From positions 17,656 to 81,655 of the forward strand of contig CAMMZC010000008.1 of assembly GCA_946529215.1 (NCBI GenBank): a stretch of 64,000 bases of DNA, given 5' to 3'. The position numbers and the translations under genes were made by a program. The stretch comes from an uncultured Clostridia bacterium. Lineage in GTDB: Bacteria > Bacillota > Clostridia > TANB77 > CAG-508. The notes under the pieces were generated by a model. It was given only the letters and a program-made list of their open reading frames with translations, was not told the DNA's origin and did no database searches. Below, in pieces: positions 30,457 through 40,900 of the stretch (position 1 is the first letter of the stretch; each line of letters begins with the position of its first letter).

Positions 30457-30963
30457 TTATTTTTCAAACAAAACCACATTATTCTTCTTTAATGACTTCT
30501 TAACATCAATTACTCTTTGATTTGAAGAACCTTTCCATTTAAGAGTAGGATTATGTAATTCATCTACATATTGTCCATCTACTAAAACATCAACATAATT
30601 TAGTACAGGTTTATCTTTTAAATATTTTTCAAAAGTAAATCCTGACCATACCCATAATGTTTTGTTTGGAAATTTTTCTTTAAATGCTTTTGCAAGTTTT
30701 GTAGTTCCTTCAATATTTTTCGGATGCATTGGTTCTCCACCAAGTATTGAAAGACCTTCTATATAGTCTTTGTCACAAGCATTAAGTACTTTTTCTATTG
30801 TTTCATCTGTAAATTCTTCTCCACCATCAAATCCCCAAGTTTCTTGATTAAAGCAATTTTTGCAATGGAATTCACATCCTTGCATAAATATAGAAACTCT
30901 AACTCCTGGTCCATTTGCTATGTCCATTTTTCTAATTTTATTATATCTCATTTTGCTAGTCAT
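30457..30963 (-). CDS. nrdG: Anaerobic ribonucleoside-triphosphate reductase activating protein (radical SAM).
   Basis: CEFHCKNC radical-SAM cluster motif. The size and the position downstream of nrdD both fit. Confidence 0.85.
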   Translation of the reverse strand: MTSKMRYNKIRKMDIANGPGVRVSIFMQGCEFHCKNCFNQETWGFDGGEEFTDETIEKVLNACDKDYIEGLSILGGEPMHPKNIEGTTKLAKAFKEKFPNKTLWVWSGFTFEKYLKDKPVLNYVDVLVDGQYVDELHNPTLKWKGSSNQRVIDVKKSLKKNNVVLFEK

Positions 30964-31157
30964 CTCCTATTACTATAATTAAAAAATTTTCATTTTTACT
31001 TTTAGATATTGCTATGAAATTTTTATTAAATATTATATATAATTTTGGGACGACTCTTTTCTATAAAAGAATCATCCCTAATTTATAAATTTCTTTTGTT
31101 TTGTGTTATATTTTTCTTCTAACAGAGTGAATTTTTCCTCCGTCCCCAAAATCCACC

Positions 31158-33347
31158 TTACAAATCTTTATTATCAATATGTAATACTCTTTCCTTTATT
31201 TCTTGTGTTCTACCTTTGTTCCAGAAATTGCTTCCAATGTAGCCACATGTTCTTCTTGCAACATTTAGAGTTTTATGATCTCTATTTCCACAATTTGGAC
31301 AATACCATTCTAGATTTTCATCTATTAAAATTTCTCCATCAAATCCACATTTTTGGCAATAATCTGATTTTGTATTCATTTCTGCATACATTATATTGTC
31401 ATATATAAATTTGATTAATTGTATTACAACTTCTAAGTTATTTTGTAAATTTGGAGTTTCTACATAAGATATAGCTCCACCTGGGCTTAATCTTTGGAAC
31501 TCGCTTTCTATTTTTAATTTTGTAAATGCATCTATTTCTTCAAATACAGGAATATGATATGAGTTTGTTATATATCCTCTGTCTGTTATTCCCTTTATTT
31601 TCCCAAATCTTTTTTGCAAACATTTTGCAAATTTGTAAGTTGTAGCTTCAATTGGTGTACCATAAACACTGTAATCTATATCTTCTGCTTCTTTCCATTC
31701 TTTGCATTTATCATTCATTCTCTGCATTACTTTTAGACCAAATTCTTTACCTTTTCCTTCATCTGTATGACTATGTCCTGTCATAAATTTAACACATTCA
31801 TAAAGTCCTGCATATCCTAAAGAAATTGTTGAATATCCTCCATGTAATAAGTTATGTATGCTTTCTCCTTTATCAAGTCTTGCTAATGCTCCGTGTTGCC
31901 AAAGAATTGGTGCTACATCACTTGTAGCTTTTGCAAGTCTTTCGTGTCTCGCTTGTAGAGCTCTGTGGCAAAGTTCAAGTCTTTCATCAAATATTTTCCA
32001 GAATAATTCAAAATCTTTATCTGAAGATAATGCAACATCTACTAAGTTAATTGTAACAACACCTTGGTTGAATCTTCCGTAGTATTTTCCTTTTCCTTCA
32101 ACATAGTTTTTAGCTTTTGCAACATTTCCACGACTAATATTTCTATCTGGTGTTAAGAATGAACGACATCCCATACATGGATAACATTCTCCTTCTCCAT
32201 ATTCATTTTTCTTTAATTCTTTCATAACTTTTTCTGAAATATAGTCTGGAACCATTCTCTTTGCTGTACATTTTGCGGCAAGTTCTGTTAAGTACCAGTA
32301 TTTGCTATTTTCATGCATATTATCTTCTTCTAATACATATAGAAGTTTTGGGAATGCAGGTGTTATATATACACCTTTTTCATTTTTCATTCCAAGAATT
32401 CTTTGTTTTAAAAATTCTTCTATAATCATTGCAAGTTCTTCTTTATATTCTTCTGTTTCTCCTAAATAGAAACATACACTTAAAAACGGTGCTTGTCCAT
32501 TCGTTGTTGTCATTGAATTTATTTGATATTGGAAAGTTTGAACTCCATCTTCAATTTCTTTCTTTAAATCTTGTTTAGCAAAATTTTTAACTTGATCTTT
32601 TGGAAGTCCTCTTTCTTCATATTTTTTTACATATTTATTATAACTATCTCTTACAAATGGAGCTAAATGTGTCATTGTAACTGTTGCACCACCATATTGG
32701 CTTGATGTTGCAGCTGTTATTATTTGTGTTGCAATTGTCATTGCTGTTAAAAATTTATGAGGTTTCTCAATTAAAACACCATTAATATTTGTTCCGTTTT
32801 GAAGCATATCATCTAAGTTTAATAAATCACAATTGTGTAAAGCATTTTGTGCAAAATAATCTGCATCATGGAAGTGGATTATTCCTTCATCATGAGCTTT
32901 TACAACATCTTCTGGAAGTAAAAATCTTCTTGTTATGTCTGTACTTGTTATTCCTGCTAAATAATCTCTTTGTGTTGTAACTACAGTTGCATTTTTATTA
33001 GAGTTTTCTGTATTCCAATATTCGCTCTCTCCATCAATTAATTCTTTTATCGTTTGGTCAGTTGTATTTGCTTTTCTTACTAATTCTCTTTTGTAACGAT
33101 ATGTAATATATTTTTTGGCTAATAGGTATTTACCCATTTCCATTAATTTTTGTTCAATAATATCTTGAATATCTTCAACAAGCATTCTCTTTTTGTCTAA
33201 TTCTTCGATATATTTTATAATTTCTTGGATTCCTTCTTTTGAAATTTTTTCTCTTCCTTTGACTTCTGCATTTGCTTTTTGAATAGCTGTACGTATTTTT
33301 TCTCTGTCGTATTCAACTATTGTTCCATCTCTTTTTACGATTTTCAT
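31158..33347 (-). CDS. nrdD: Anaerobic ribonucleoside-triphosphate reductase (class III RNR).
   Basis: N-terminal ATP cone (MKIVKRDGTIVEYDREKIRTAI). A C-terminal Zn ribbon (CQKCGF...CPNCGN) and the glycyl-radical motif RRTCGYIGS. Confidence 0.9.
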   Translation of the reverse strand: MKIVKRDGTIVEYDREKIRTAIQKANAEVKGREKISKEGIQEIIKYIEELDKKRMLVEDIQDIIEQKLMEMGKYLLAKKYITYRYKRELVRKANTTDQTIKELIDGESEYWNTENSNKNATVVTTQRDYLAGITSTDITRRFLLPEDVVKAHDEGIIHFHDADYFAQNALHNCDLLNLDDMLQNGTNINGVLIEKPHKFLTAMTIATQIITAATSSQYGGATVTMTHLAPFVRDSYNKYVKKYEERGLPKDQVKNFAKQDLKKEIEDGVQTFQYQINSMTTTNGQAPFLSVCFYLGETEEYKEELAMIIEEFLKQRILGMKNEKGVYITPAFPKLLYVLEEDNMHENSKYWYLTELAAKCTAKRMVPDYISEKVMKELKKNEYGEGECYPCMGCRSFLTPDRNISRGNVAKAKNYVEGKGKYYGRFNQGVVTINLVDVALSSDKDFELFWKIFDERLELCHRALQARHERLAKATSDVAPILWQHGALARLDKGESIHNLLHGGYSTISLGYAGLYECVKFMTGHSHTDEGKGKEFGLKVMQRMNDKCKEWKEAEDIDYSVYGTPIEATTYKFAKCLQKRFGKIKGITDRGYITNSYHIPVFEEIDAFTKLKIESEFQRLSPGGAISYVETPNLQNNLEVVIQLIKFIYDNIMYAEMNTKSDYCQKCGFDGEILIDENLEWYCPNCGNRDHKTLNVARRTCGYIGSNFWNKGRTQEIKERVLHIDNKDL

Positions 33348-33473
33348 GGTAATCCCCTTCCTTTTAAAATTAAGTATTTAGCTTGAAAGTATTGATAATC
33401 TGCACAAAATGGTTCTTATGTGTTTCGATTTTTCTTTACTTTATCTGTTAAAAATTATAGCATTGCAAAAATT

Positions 33474-33501
33474 AAAATCTGTTGCAATTGCAACAGATTT
33501 T
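33474..33501. repeat. Perfect 28-bp palindrome (14-bp arms) in the nrdD upstream / oxidoreductase downstream intergenic region.
   Basis: aaaatctgttgcaattgcaacagatttt read directly. Confidence 0.8.
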
Positions 33502-33576
33502 AATTTTAAATTTTAACTTCGCTTCAGTCTTGAATTTACGGAAATATTACATTTATGTTACAAGAATTGCTACTAT

Positions 33577-34836
33577 TTATGTTAAATCAATTTGATTTGC
33601 CACTTCTCTCCCACTCTTTGCCGCCCAAGCAACTGTTGATATATTTCCTGCTAAATCGCCAATAGCAAAGATTTTCGGATTTGATGTTAAACCATTTTTA
33701 TCTATTTTTATGTAGCCTCTTTCATCAAGTTCCACTCCTATATTTTTTATAAAATCTGCAGGATGTGAACCAATTGCCATAACTACATAATCGACATCCA
33801 TAAAGTAATTGCTATTTGCTATTTCTACAGGAATAAGTCGGCTTTCTCCTTGTTTTTGTATAAGCTCTGTCTTTAATAATTCTACTTTTTTTACTACTTC
33901 ATTCCCTATTATCTTAACTATTTTGTTCAAAAACAAAAATTCTATGCCTTCATTTATAGCATCTTCTATTTCTTTTTGTTCAGCAGGCATTTGCTCTCTT
34001 GCTCTTCTATAAACTACTATTACTTTTTTCGCACCAAGCCTTTTTATAGTTCTTGCAGCATCCATAGCAACATTCCCGCCACCATTAACTACAATAGTTT
34101 TTCCCTCATAGTTTGGGTGATTATTATATTCTATAAGCTCATTTGCACCATAAACTCCTTTTAAATTTTCACCTTCTATATTTATTTTTGAAGAAACATT
34201 TGCACCAAATGCTAAAATAATATTATCGTATTCCTTTTCTAATTCTTTTAAATCAAGATTTCTTCCTAACTCTTGATTATACTTTACATCTATTCCTAAT
34301 TCTAAAATTTTGTCAATAGATTTTTTTATAATTTCTTGCGAAAGTCTAAATTCAGGAATTCCGTGAACAAGAAGTCCTCCTAAGTAATCATATTTTTCAT
34401 ATATTGTAACTTTATTTCCCGTACGAGCAAGAAAAGCTGCTGCAGTAAGTCCTGCAGGTCCTCCACCAATTATTGCTATTTTTTTGCTATTTATATTTCG
34501 TTTTTTTATACTATAATTGTTTTCTATAGCTAAGTCTCCAACAAATGCCTCTAAATCTCCTATACTTACAGATTCGCCTTTTATTCCTCTTATACATGAA
34601 CCCATACATTGCTTATAATGTGGGCAAATTCTTCCACAAATAGAAGACAACACAGTAGTTCTTGTAAGTATTTCATAGGCTTTTTCGTATTGTTCTTGTT
34701 TAATTGCATTTATAAAATTAGGAATGTCATTATTTAGTGGACAACCTTTTACAGAACACGGCTTTGTTTTGCAATTTAAACAATAATCAGCTTTTACTTT
34801 TATATTTTGCATTTTTTTAATCCTCTCTATATTCAT
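33577..34836 (-). CDS. FAD/NAD(P)-dependent oxidoreductase with an N-terminal Fe-S domain. It is of the glutamate synthase small subunit (GltD) / dihydropyrimidine dehydrogenase PreT family.
   Basis: Cys-rich N-terminus CLNCKTKPC...GCPL...CGRICP...C. Dinucleotide fold IAIIGGGPAGLTAAAFLARTG and a second fold VVNGGGNVAMDAA. Confidence 0.7.
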   Translation of the reverse strand: MNIERIKKMQNIKVKADYCLNCKTKPCSVKGCPLNNDIPNFINAIKQEQYEKAYEILTRTTVLSSICGRICPHYKQCMGSCIRGIKGESVSIGDLEAFVGDLAIENNYSIKKRNINSKKIAIIGGGPAGLTAAAFLARTGNKVTIYEKYDYLGGLLVHGIPEFRLSQEIIKKSIDKILELGIDVKYNQELGRNLDLKELEKEYDNIILAFGANVSSKINIEGENLKGVYGANELIEYNNHPNYEGKTIVVNGGGNVAMDAARTIKRLGAKKVIVVYRRAREQMPAEQKEIEDAINEGIEFLFLNKIVKIIGNEVVKKVELLKTELIQKQGESRLIPVEIANSNYFMDVDYVVMAIGSHPADFIKNIGVELDERGYIKIDKNGLTSNPKIFAIGDLAGNISTVAWAAKSGREVANQIDLT

Positions 34837-35386
34837 ATTTTGAATTATAATTCATAAGCTCTTTTAAATCCTTCAAAAATTCAATTTTTTTAGTCTCATC
34901 CCTTAGAAGTGCAGCAGGGTGCCAAGTAGGCAAATACATTATTCCCTTTTTCTCTATCCATTTTCCTCGAGCTTGAGTTATTTTATATTCTTTTCCTAAA
35001 ATATTTTGAAGTGCTATTCTCCCTAGCAATACAATTATTTTAGGCTTAACAATCATAACTTGATTTCGAAGATAATCCATACATGCTTTAATTTCATCTT
35101 CTTCAGGATCTCTGTTGTTTGGAGGTCTGCATTTTACTATATTTGCAATATATATATCTTCTCTTTTAATTCCAACTATATCAAAAGCTTTGTTCATAAG
35201 CTGACCTGCTTTTCCAACAAAAGGCTCTCCTAGTCTATCTTCGTCTCCACCTGGTCCTTCTCCTATAAACATTATATCTGCGTGTTCATTTCCAACACCA
35301 AATACTACATTTTGCCTTGTAGTACATAATTTGCACTTTTTACAATCTTTGCAGCTTTGTTTTAGTTCTTCCATATTTTCGTACAT
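34817..35386 (-). CDS. Uracil-DNA glycosylase, family 4 (Fe-S type).
   Basis: Cys cluster CKDCKKCKLC plus GEGPG motif-containing MFIGEGPGGDEDRLGEPFVGKAGQLMN. It overlaps the downstream gene by 20 nt. Confidence 0.8.
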   Translation of the reverse strand: MYENMEELKQSCKDCKKCKLCTTRQNVVFGVGNEHADIMFIGEGPGGDEDRLGEPFVGKAGQLMNKAFDIVGIKREDIYIANIVKCRPPNNRDPEEDEIKACMDYLRNQVMIVKPKIIVLLGRIALQNILGKEYKITQARGKWIEKKGIMYLPTWHPAALLRDETKKIEFLKDLKELMNYNSKYEYRED

Positions 35387-35503
35387 TTTTTGCTCCTTTA
35401 ATTTCTTTATTGCTTACTTTTATCTAAATATATAATAACAAAATAATAAAAAAAATTCAAGAAATCAGAAAAATTTTATTTAGGAAATTTTTTCCATTTT
35501 TTA

Positions 35504-35532
35504 TTGACAAATTTTAAAAAATATAGTATTAT
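35504..35532 (+). promoter_or_regulatory. Sigma-A promoter for the DUF4160/DUF2442 cassette: TTGACA-17 nt-TATTAT.
   Basis: ttgacaaattttaaaaaatatagtattat lies about 120 nt upstream of the ATG at 35651. Confidence 0.5.
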
Positions 35533-35650
35533 ATCTGTAATTACATCTATAGTTTTAAGTTTTGTTCAATTTTTTATTAATTTAATATATTTTTATACAA
35601 TTTTTTAGTTGAAAAAAAATTTCAATAATGCTATAATTAAAGGAGGTAAC

Positions 35651-35917
35651 ATGCCTGTAATATCACATTTTTATGGAATACTTATATATATGTATGCAGA
35701 ATTAGGCGGTCATCATAACGAGCCACATATACATGTAAAATATAATGAATATGAGATGTCAATAACACTTGAGGGAAAAGTACTAGACGGAAATTTGCCA
35801 AAAAAGCAAAAGAAATTAATAGATGCATGGATTGAATTACACAAAGATGAATTAAAAGCTGCATGGCATGCTTTAAATAATGATGGAGAAATATTAAAAA
35901 TAAAAGGATTGGAGTGA
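35651..35917 (+). CDS. DUF4160-family small protein (88 aa).
   Basis: MPVISHFYGILIYMY...HHNEPHIHV is the hallmark N-terminus of the DUF4160 family. GGAGG lies 6 nt upstream. The listed longer ORF starts at a TTG with no RBS. Confidence 0.7.
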   Translation: MPVISHFYGILIYMYAELGGHHNEPHIHVKYNEYEMSITLEGKVLDGNLPKKQKKLIDAWIELHKDELKAAWHALNNDGEILKIKGLE

Positions 35918-35922
35918 TTTAT

Positions 35923-36159
35923 ATGAGACCTAGAGCTATAGATGTAAAAGTTTTAGATAATTATACTTTAGAAGTTTTATTTAATAATAACGAAAAAAGA
36001 ATTTTTGATGTAAAGCCGTATTTCAAATTAAAACTTTTTGAGGAACTTAAAGATATAAAAAAATTTAATTCTGTTAAAGTTTCAGGCTTATCTATTGAAT
36101 GGGAAAATGGAGCTGATATATGTCCCGATGAATTATATAATAATAGCACGTCAATTTAA
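35923..36159 (+). CDS. DUF2442-family small protein (78 aa).
   Basis: It lies immediately downstream of DUF4160, the canonical gene pairing. GGAG is 8 nt upstream of the ATG at 35923. An alternative GTG at 35914 would overlap the upstream stop in a GTGA arrangement. Confidence 0.65.
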   Translation: MRPRAIDVKVLDNYTLEVLFNNNEKRIFDVKPYFKLKLFEELKDIKKFNSVKVSGLSIEWENGADICPDELYNNSTSI

Positions 36160-36192
36160 TTATCCGCACTTAATTTAAAGTGCGGATAATTA
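36160..36192. terminator. Perfect 12-bp-stem hairpin terminator after the DUF2442 gene.
   Basis: ttatccgcacttaatttaaagtgcggataa read directly, followed by AT-rich sequence. Confidence 0.65.
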
Positions 36193-36275
36193 TTTAATAT
36201 ATTTTCGGATTATTTTGGGCAAAATATGAATACAATTTGAATAAAATTCTAACATTTTTTTATATTCTTTGTTCT

Positions 36276-37730
36276 CTACTTTATTACCCAAACTGATACG
36301 GATTTTCCTCTTACTTTAAAATTTCCAAATCCTTCATCATCTATAAAAACCTCATCTTCACAATTTTCAAGTATATCTACAAACAACTTTCCTGCAAACT
36401 TCTTTCCTATATACATTCTTTTTTCTCCATCTCCAGCATTTGATATAACTACTGCTAAACCTGAATCTGAGTGCTCTTCATCTCCTTCTCTTGTCCAACC
36501 AATGTAATTTGGATTATCTAAATAATCTGTTTGATTTCCATATGCTTTTTCTTTTCGAAGTTTTAAAAGTACATCCAACTTTTCTAAGGCTAAAACATTA
36601 TCATGTGGAATTCCATACATATCTCCATAAAATACACATGGATATCCCTCATTTCGAAGCAAAATTATACTATATGCTGGTAATTTAAACCAGTTGTTTA
36701 TAAAACTTTGAAGACTCTGTCCGGGTTGAGTATCGTGATTATCTACAAAAGTTACTGCTTTTGAAGGATTTTCTTTCATTAAAGTATGTTCTAAAATCTT
36801 AGATAAATCGTAATTTTCGTCAAGTGAAGCATAATAAAAATTATAATGTAAAGGTACATCAAATAAAGAAATTTGACCTTCTGTTTCTTCTATGTATTTA
36901 TGTAATTTAGATATATCTGCTGACCAATATTCTCCCACAGAAAATAAATCTGGCTTTATTTTTTCTGTAATTTTCTTTATAAAATCTCTATAAAATCCTG
37001 CATTAATATGTTTTACTGCATCTAATCTAAATCCATCTACACCTGTTTCTTCTAAATACCATTTTGCCCATTTATCTAGTTCATCTATAACTTCAGGGTT
37101 TCCAAAATCTATGTCTGCACCCATAAGATAATCAAAATTTCCAAATTCACCATCAACTGCATCATCCCATTTTTTGTCTTTAAATTTGAAAATTGCATGT
37201 TCTCCTGATTTATCATCATAATCTATTCCATGAAAATGTGTCCAATTCCATTCAAAATCTGAATATTTGTGTTTTCTTCCTGGGAATGTAAACTTAGTTG
37301 CAACTCTTACAATTTCTTGCCCTGAAACTTCTTTATAGTGGTCCCCCCAATCTACCTTTGTAGCTGGAATTGTTTGAAGCATATCTGCTCCCATTTTGTG
37401 ATTTAAAACTATATCTGCATATGCTTCTATACCTATTTGCTTTAATGCTTTTATGCATTCAATATATTCATCTTTTGAACCATATTTAGTTTTAATTGTT
37501 CCTTTTTGTTCAAACTCACCTAAATCGTATAAATCATAAACTCCATAACCCACTTCATCTTTTCCGCCTATTCCTTTAAATGCTGGTGGTAGCCAAATGG
37601 CTGTAATCCCTAGCTCTGAAAGATTTTCGGCATCTCTTCTTACTTTGTTCCATAAATTTTGCTCACACTCTAAATACCATTCAAAATATTGCATTATTGT
37701 TCCATTTATTTTGTTCATTTTTACTGACAT
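36276..37730 (-). CDS. amyA: Alpha-amylase (GH13), cytoplasmic type with no signal peptide.
   Basis: MQYFEWY...GITAIWLPP; GFRLDAVKHI (region II catalytic Asp); EYW; FVDNHD (region IV). Confidence 0.9.
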   Translation of the reverse strand: MSVKMNKINGTIMQYFEWYLECEQNLWNKVRRDAENLSELGITAIWLPPAFKGIGGKDEVGYGVYDLYDLGEFEQKGTIKTKYGSKDEYIECIKALKQIGIEAYADIVLNHKMGADMLQTIPATKVDWGDHYKEVSGQEIVRVATKFTFPGRKHKYSDFEWNWTHFHGIDYDDKSGEHAIFKFKDKKWDDAVDGEFGNFDYLMGADIDFGNPEVIDELDKWAKWYLEETGVDGFRLDAVKHINAGFYRDFIKKITEKIKPDLFSVGEYWSADISKLHKYIEETEGQISLFDVPLHYNFYYASLDENYDLSKILEHTLMKENPSKAVTFVDNHDTQPGQSLQSFINNWFKLPAYSIILLRNEGYPCVFYGDMYGIPHDNVLALEKLDVLLKLRKEKAYGNQTDYLDNPNYIGWTREGDEEHSDSGLAVVISNAGDGEKRMYIGKKFAGKLFVDILENCEDEVFIDDEGFGNFKVRGKSVSVWVIK

Positions 37731-37944
37731 CCCTTTCTAAGTCATAAAATTTGATTAAAATATTTCATAATCTTTTTTCAAACTTTGGTTCAAGCACTTT
37801 CTGCCTTTACGCTTTTAAGCATTTGCATATTATAATTTTACTACACACATACGAAAAATGCAAGGAATTGTTTTGCATTTCGTCCAAAAGATCTTTTAAG
37901 CGCAAAATAACAAGAGCTACAATTAAATGTAACTCTTGTTATTT

Positions 37945-40900
37945 TTATTTTTTTTGTGTTGTACATATTATAGACTTTCTTGCTGTAACACATTTCTTTT
38001 TATCTATAGTCTTATATGCTAATACTTGTAATTTATAGGTAGTTCCTGCTCTTAAGTTAATACCTGTTACTGAATTTGTTTTTGGCTTTTTATATAATAC
38101 ATATTTTTTGGCAGTTTCGTTATATGCATATACTTCATATCCATCAGCACCAGCTACAGCATTCCAATTAAGTGTAATAGATGATTTAGTTGTTTTAGCT
38201 TTTAAATTGTTAATTGTAGGTGCCTTTATATTTATCTTTGAAGTAACACTTGCTTTTCTTCCTCTAATTGTAGAACTTGCTGTAATTGTAACTGTTTTTC
38301 CATTTCCTGCCCATTTTGGTGTAATAACTCCAGTTGTAGAAATTGTTGCATATTTTTTATTATTTGTAGCCCATTTTACAGATGTTGCTTCTTTATCACT
38401 TAGAGTCGCTGTGAGCTTTAACTTGCTAAATGATGACAAATTTGCAGATGTTTTATTTAATTTTATTAAACTTGTAGTTTTTGGGGTTGTAATCTGTATT
38501 GTTCTATCTGCCCCTATAACATTAGTATATTTGTATCCATTAACTTCTTTGCCATCAACTTTAAAGTTTCTTATGTAATATCCTGTCTTATCTGATAAAT
38601 TTAAGTTCATTGTTGAACCTGGCATATAGTAATATGTATTTGTAAGCTTATTATCTATTGCTTTTTTACTATATAATTTTGCATTTATAGTTGCTTTTAT
38701 TCCAGTTGAAGGATATGTAACTGTTAATTTTGAAAGACCAGTTTTTACTGGAATGGAATATACTGATAATCCATATTCTTCACCATAATTTACCTCTGTC
38801 TCATCTTCGTACTCATTTTCGATTACTCCGAAATCGATATCTTTATCAATTATATAATATCTATTTCCTACTGCAATTCCTACTGTATCTTTGTCTCTAT
38901 TTATAATGTATCCTGATTTTTTGTATATATCTGTTGAAATATCATAATAAAATGTGTTACCATATTTTTCTGCATTTATTCCTGATAATACTAATCCTCC
39001 AGATATAAGTCCAGTTTCTGGTTTAAAATATTTTATATTATTATAACTTCCTGTATAATCTTTTAAATCTATTGTAGCCGAAGATTTTTTCCAATTCTTT
39101 CCATCAAATATTAACACACTAGGAACTTTACTATTCTCTTGTCCTCCAAATGATAATAATAGCTTATTTCCAACTTGAGTTGCTTTTGAAGCAAATCTGC
39201 CTTCTGGTAAATCTGCAACATATGACCACTTCTTTGTTGTCATATCTAATTTATATACTTTTTTAGATATTTTATTACTTATATCATTATATCCACCAAT
39301 TACATATAAATTGCCATTATATGCACCTAATGTTGTCATTGATAGATTGTTAATTCCTGTTGGCAAACTCTTTGCTTTTCTCCATATGTAGTCACCTTTG
39401 TTAATATTGTAATATGCTAAAACCTTATCTTTTGCAAATCCATAATCAAATGTAAATATAGTATAAATATTATTATTTATAAATACAAAGTCTGTATTTT
39501 CAACTTTATACTCATTTCCCATTATCTTATATTGTTCACCTAATAATGCTTGCATACTTTCATCTGTTAAATATGCTATATCAGTATTGAAAAATCCTAT
39601 TTCATCTTCTTTGTCCAATCTTATTAATGTTTTTGTTTGTGGTAAATAACTATATATATCTTTTCCATTTGTAAATAATGAATTTAAAGAATCTATACCA
39701 TAAACTGAATTTTCGAAATTGTAATTTTTCCCAGCTTTTAAATAAAATGTTTTTGAATCTGTATTTTTTTCTGTAATTTTTAAAGTAATTCTTGCTGTTG
39801 TATTTATTAAATTTTTATTTGTAACTTTCAAAGTATCTGAATTCACCTTTGTTGCAGTTACTTCTTTATTATTAACAAATACTTTAGGCATTTTATTCAT
39901 ATTATTTACTTTAATTGTTACTTCTCCATTTGTGTTTATTTTAGCTGAATTAATAAATATATTAGGATTTGATAAATATTCTAAATCCAATACCCCACTT
40001 GTTGCAACTTTATTGTTTAAACTATTTACCTTTCTTATTGTACCTAAAATTCTTTGTTTTCTTTGTAGTGCTGTTTCATTTTTATAATTTGATGATATTC
40101 CTACAGCTGAAGTAACATATGGTGTCGCCATAGATGTACCATTATAAAAGTTATATTTTCCAAAATCATCTTCATTTACTCCACTTTTACTTATTGCAAA
40201 ATCATCTATATATACATTAACTTTACTATCTTCTAGTGCATAATATAAAAACCTTATAGTACCTCCTTTAGAAACATATTCTTCTATATGAGTCCAATAA
40301 TTTTCATCTTCTGAATTAGCAATATTTTTCATATTTTTTTGTGTTTCTAGGCTTATATCTTCATAATCACTAAAATCATAGTTTATATAATATTCTCCCG
40401 AATGATTTACATTTGAAGTAACTTTTAGCATTTGACTAATTTTCTGATCATCATTTTCTGCTGTACATGGTATCAATAACTCATAAACTTTATCTTTTAC
40501 AGCATCAAATTGCCAGTTAAAGGATTGTCCACTATTTCCGAAATATGTATTTGATGATGTTGTAACTTTACCTTCTGAAATTCTATATTTAAAATCTCCT
40601 AGTCCTGAGTCAAAATCTACATATTGACTACAAAATCTTGATTTATCCTCATACAAAGATGGATTAAAACAATTATATGAAACAGTTGATAATACATTTG
40701 TTCCTGGAGCAGCTATATCTACTGTACTTGTTCCATAATTTGAAAAACCTGCTATTTCATCTTTTTCGTTAGAAGCTGCTACTGAAATAATATAATTACT
40801 GTCTAGGCATGATGGACTATTAAATACTTTATCTGTGTTACTATATTCATTCCCTGCTGCACATATAGATAATGCTCCATTTCCATCTTCATTTGGACCT

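Noticed and set aside
33380-33420. Possible NrdR box (cacaaaatggttcttatgtg) upstream of nrdD.
   Set aside because: The half-site spacing and sequence do not fit the 16-bp NrdR consensus well enough to call.
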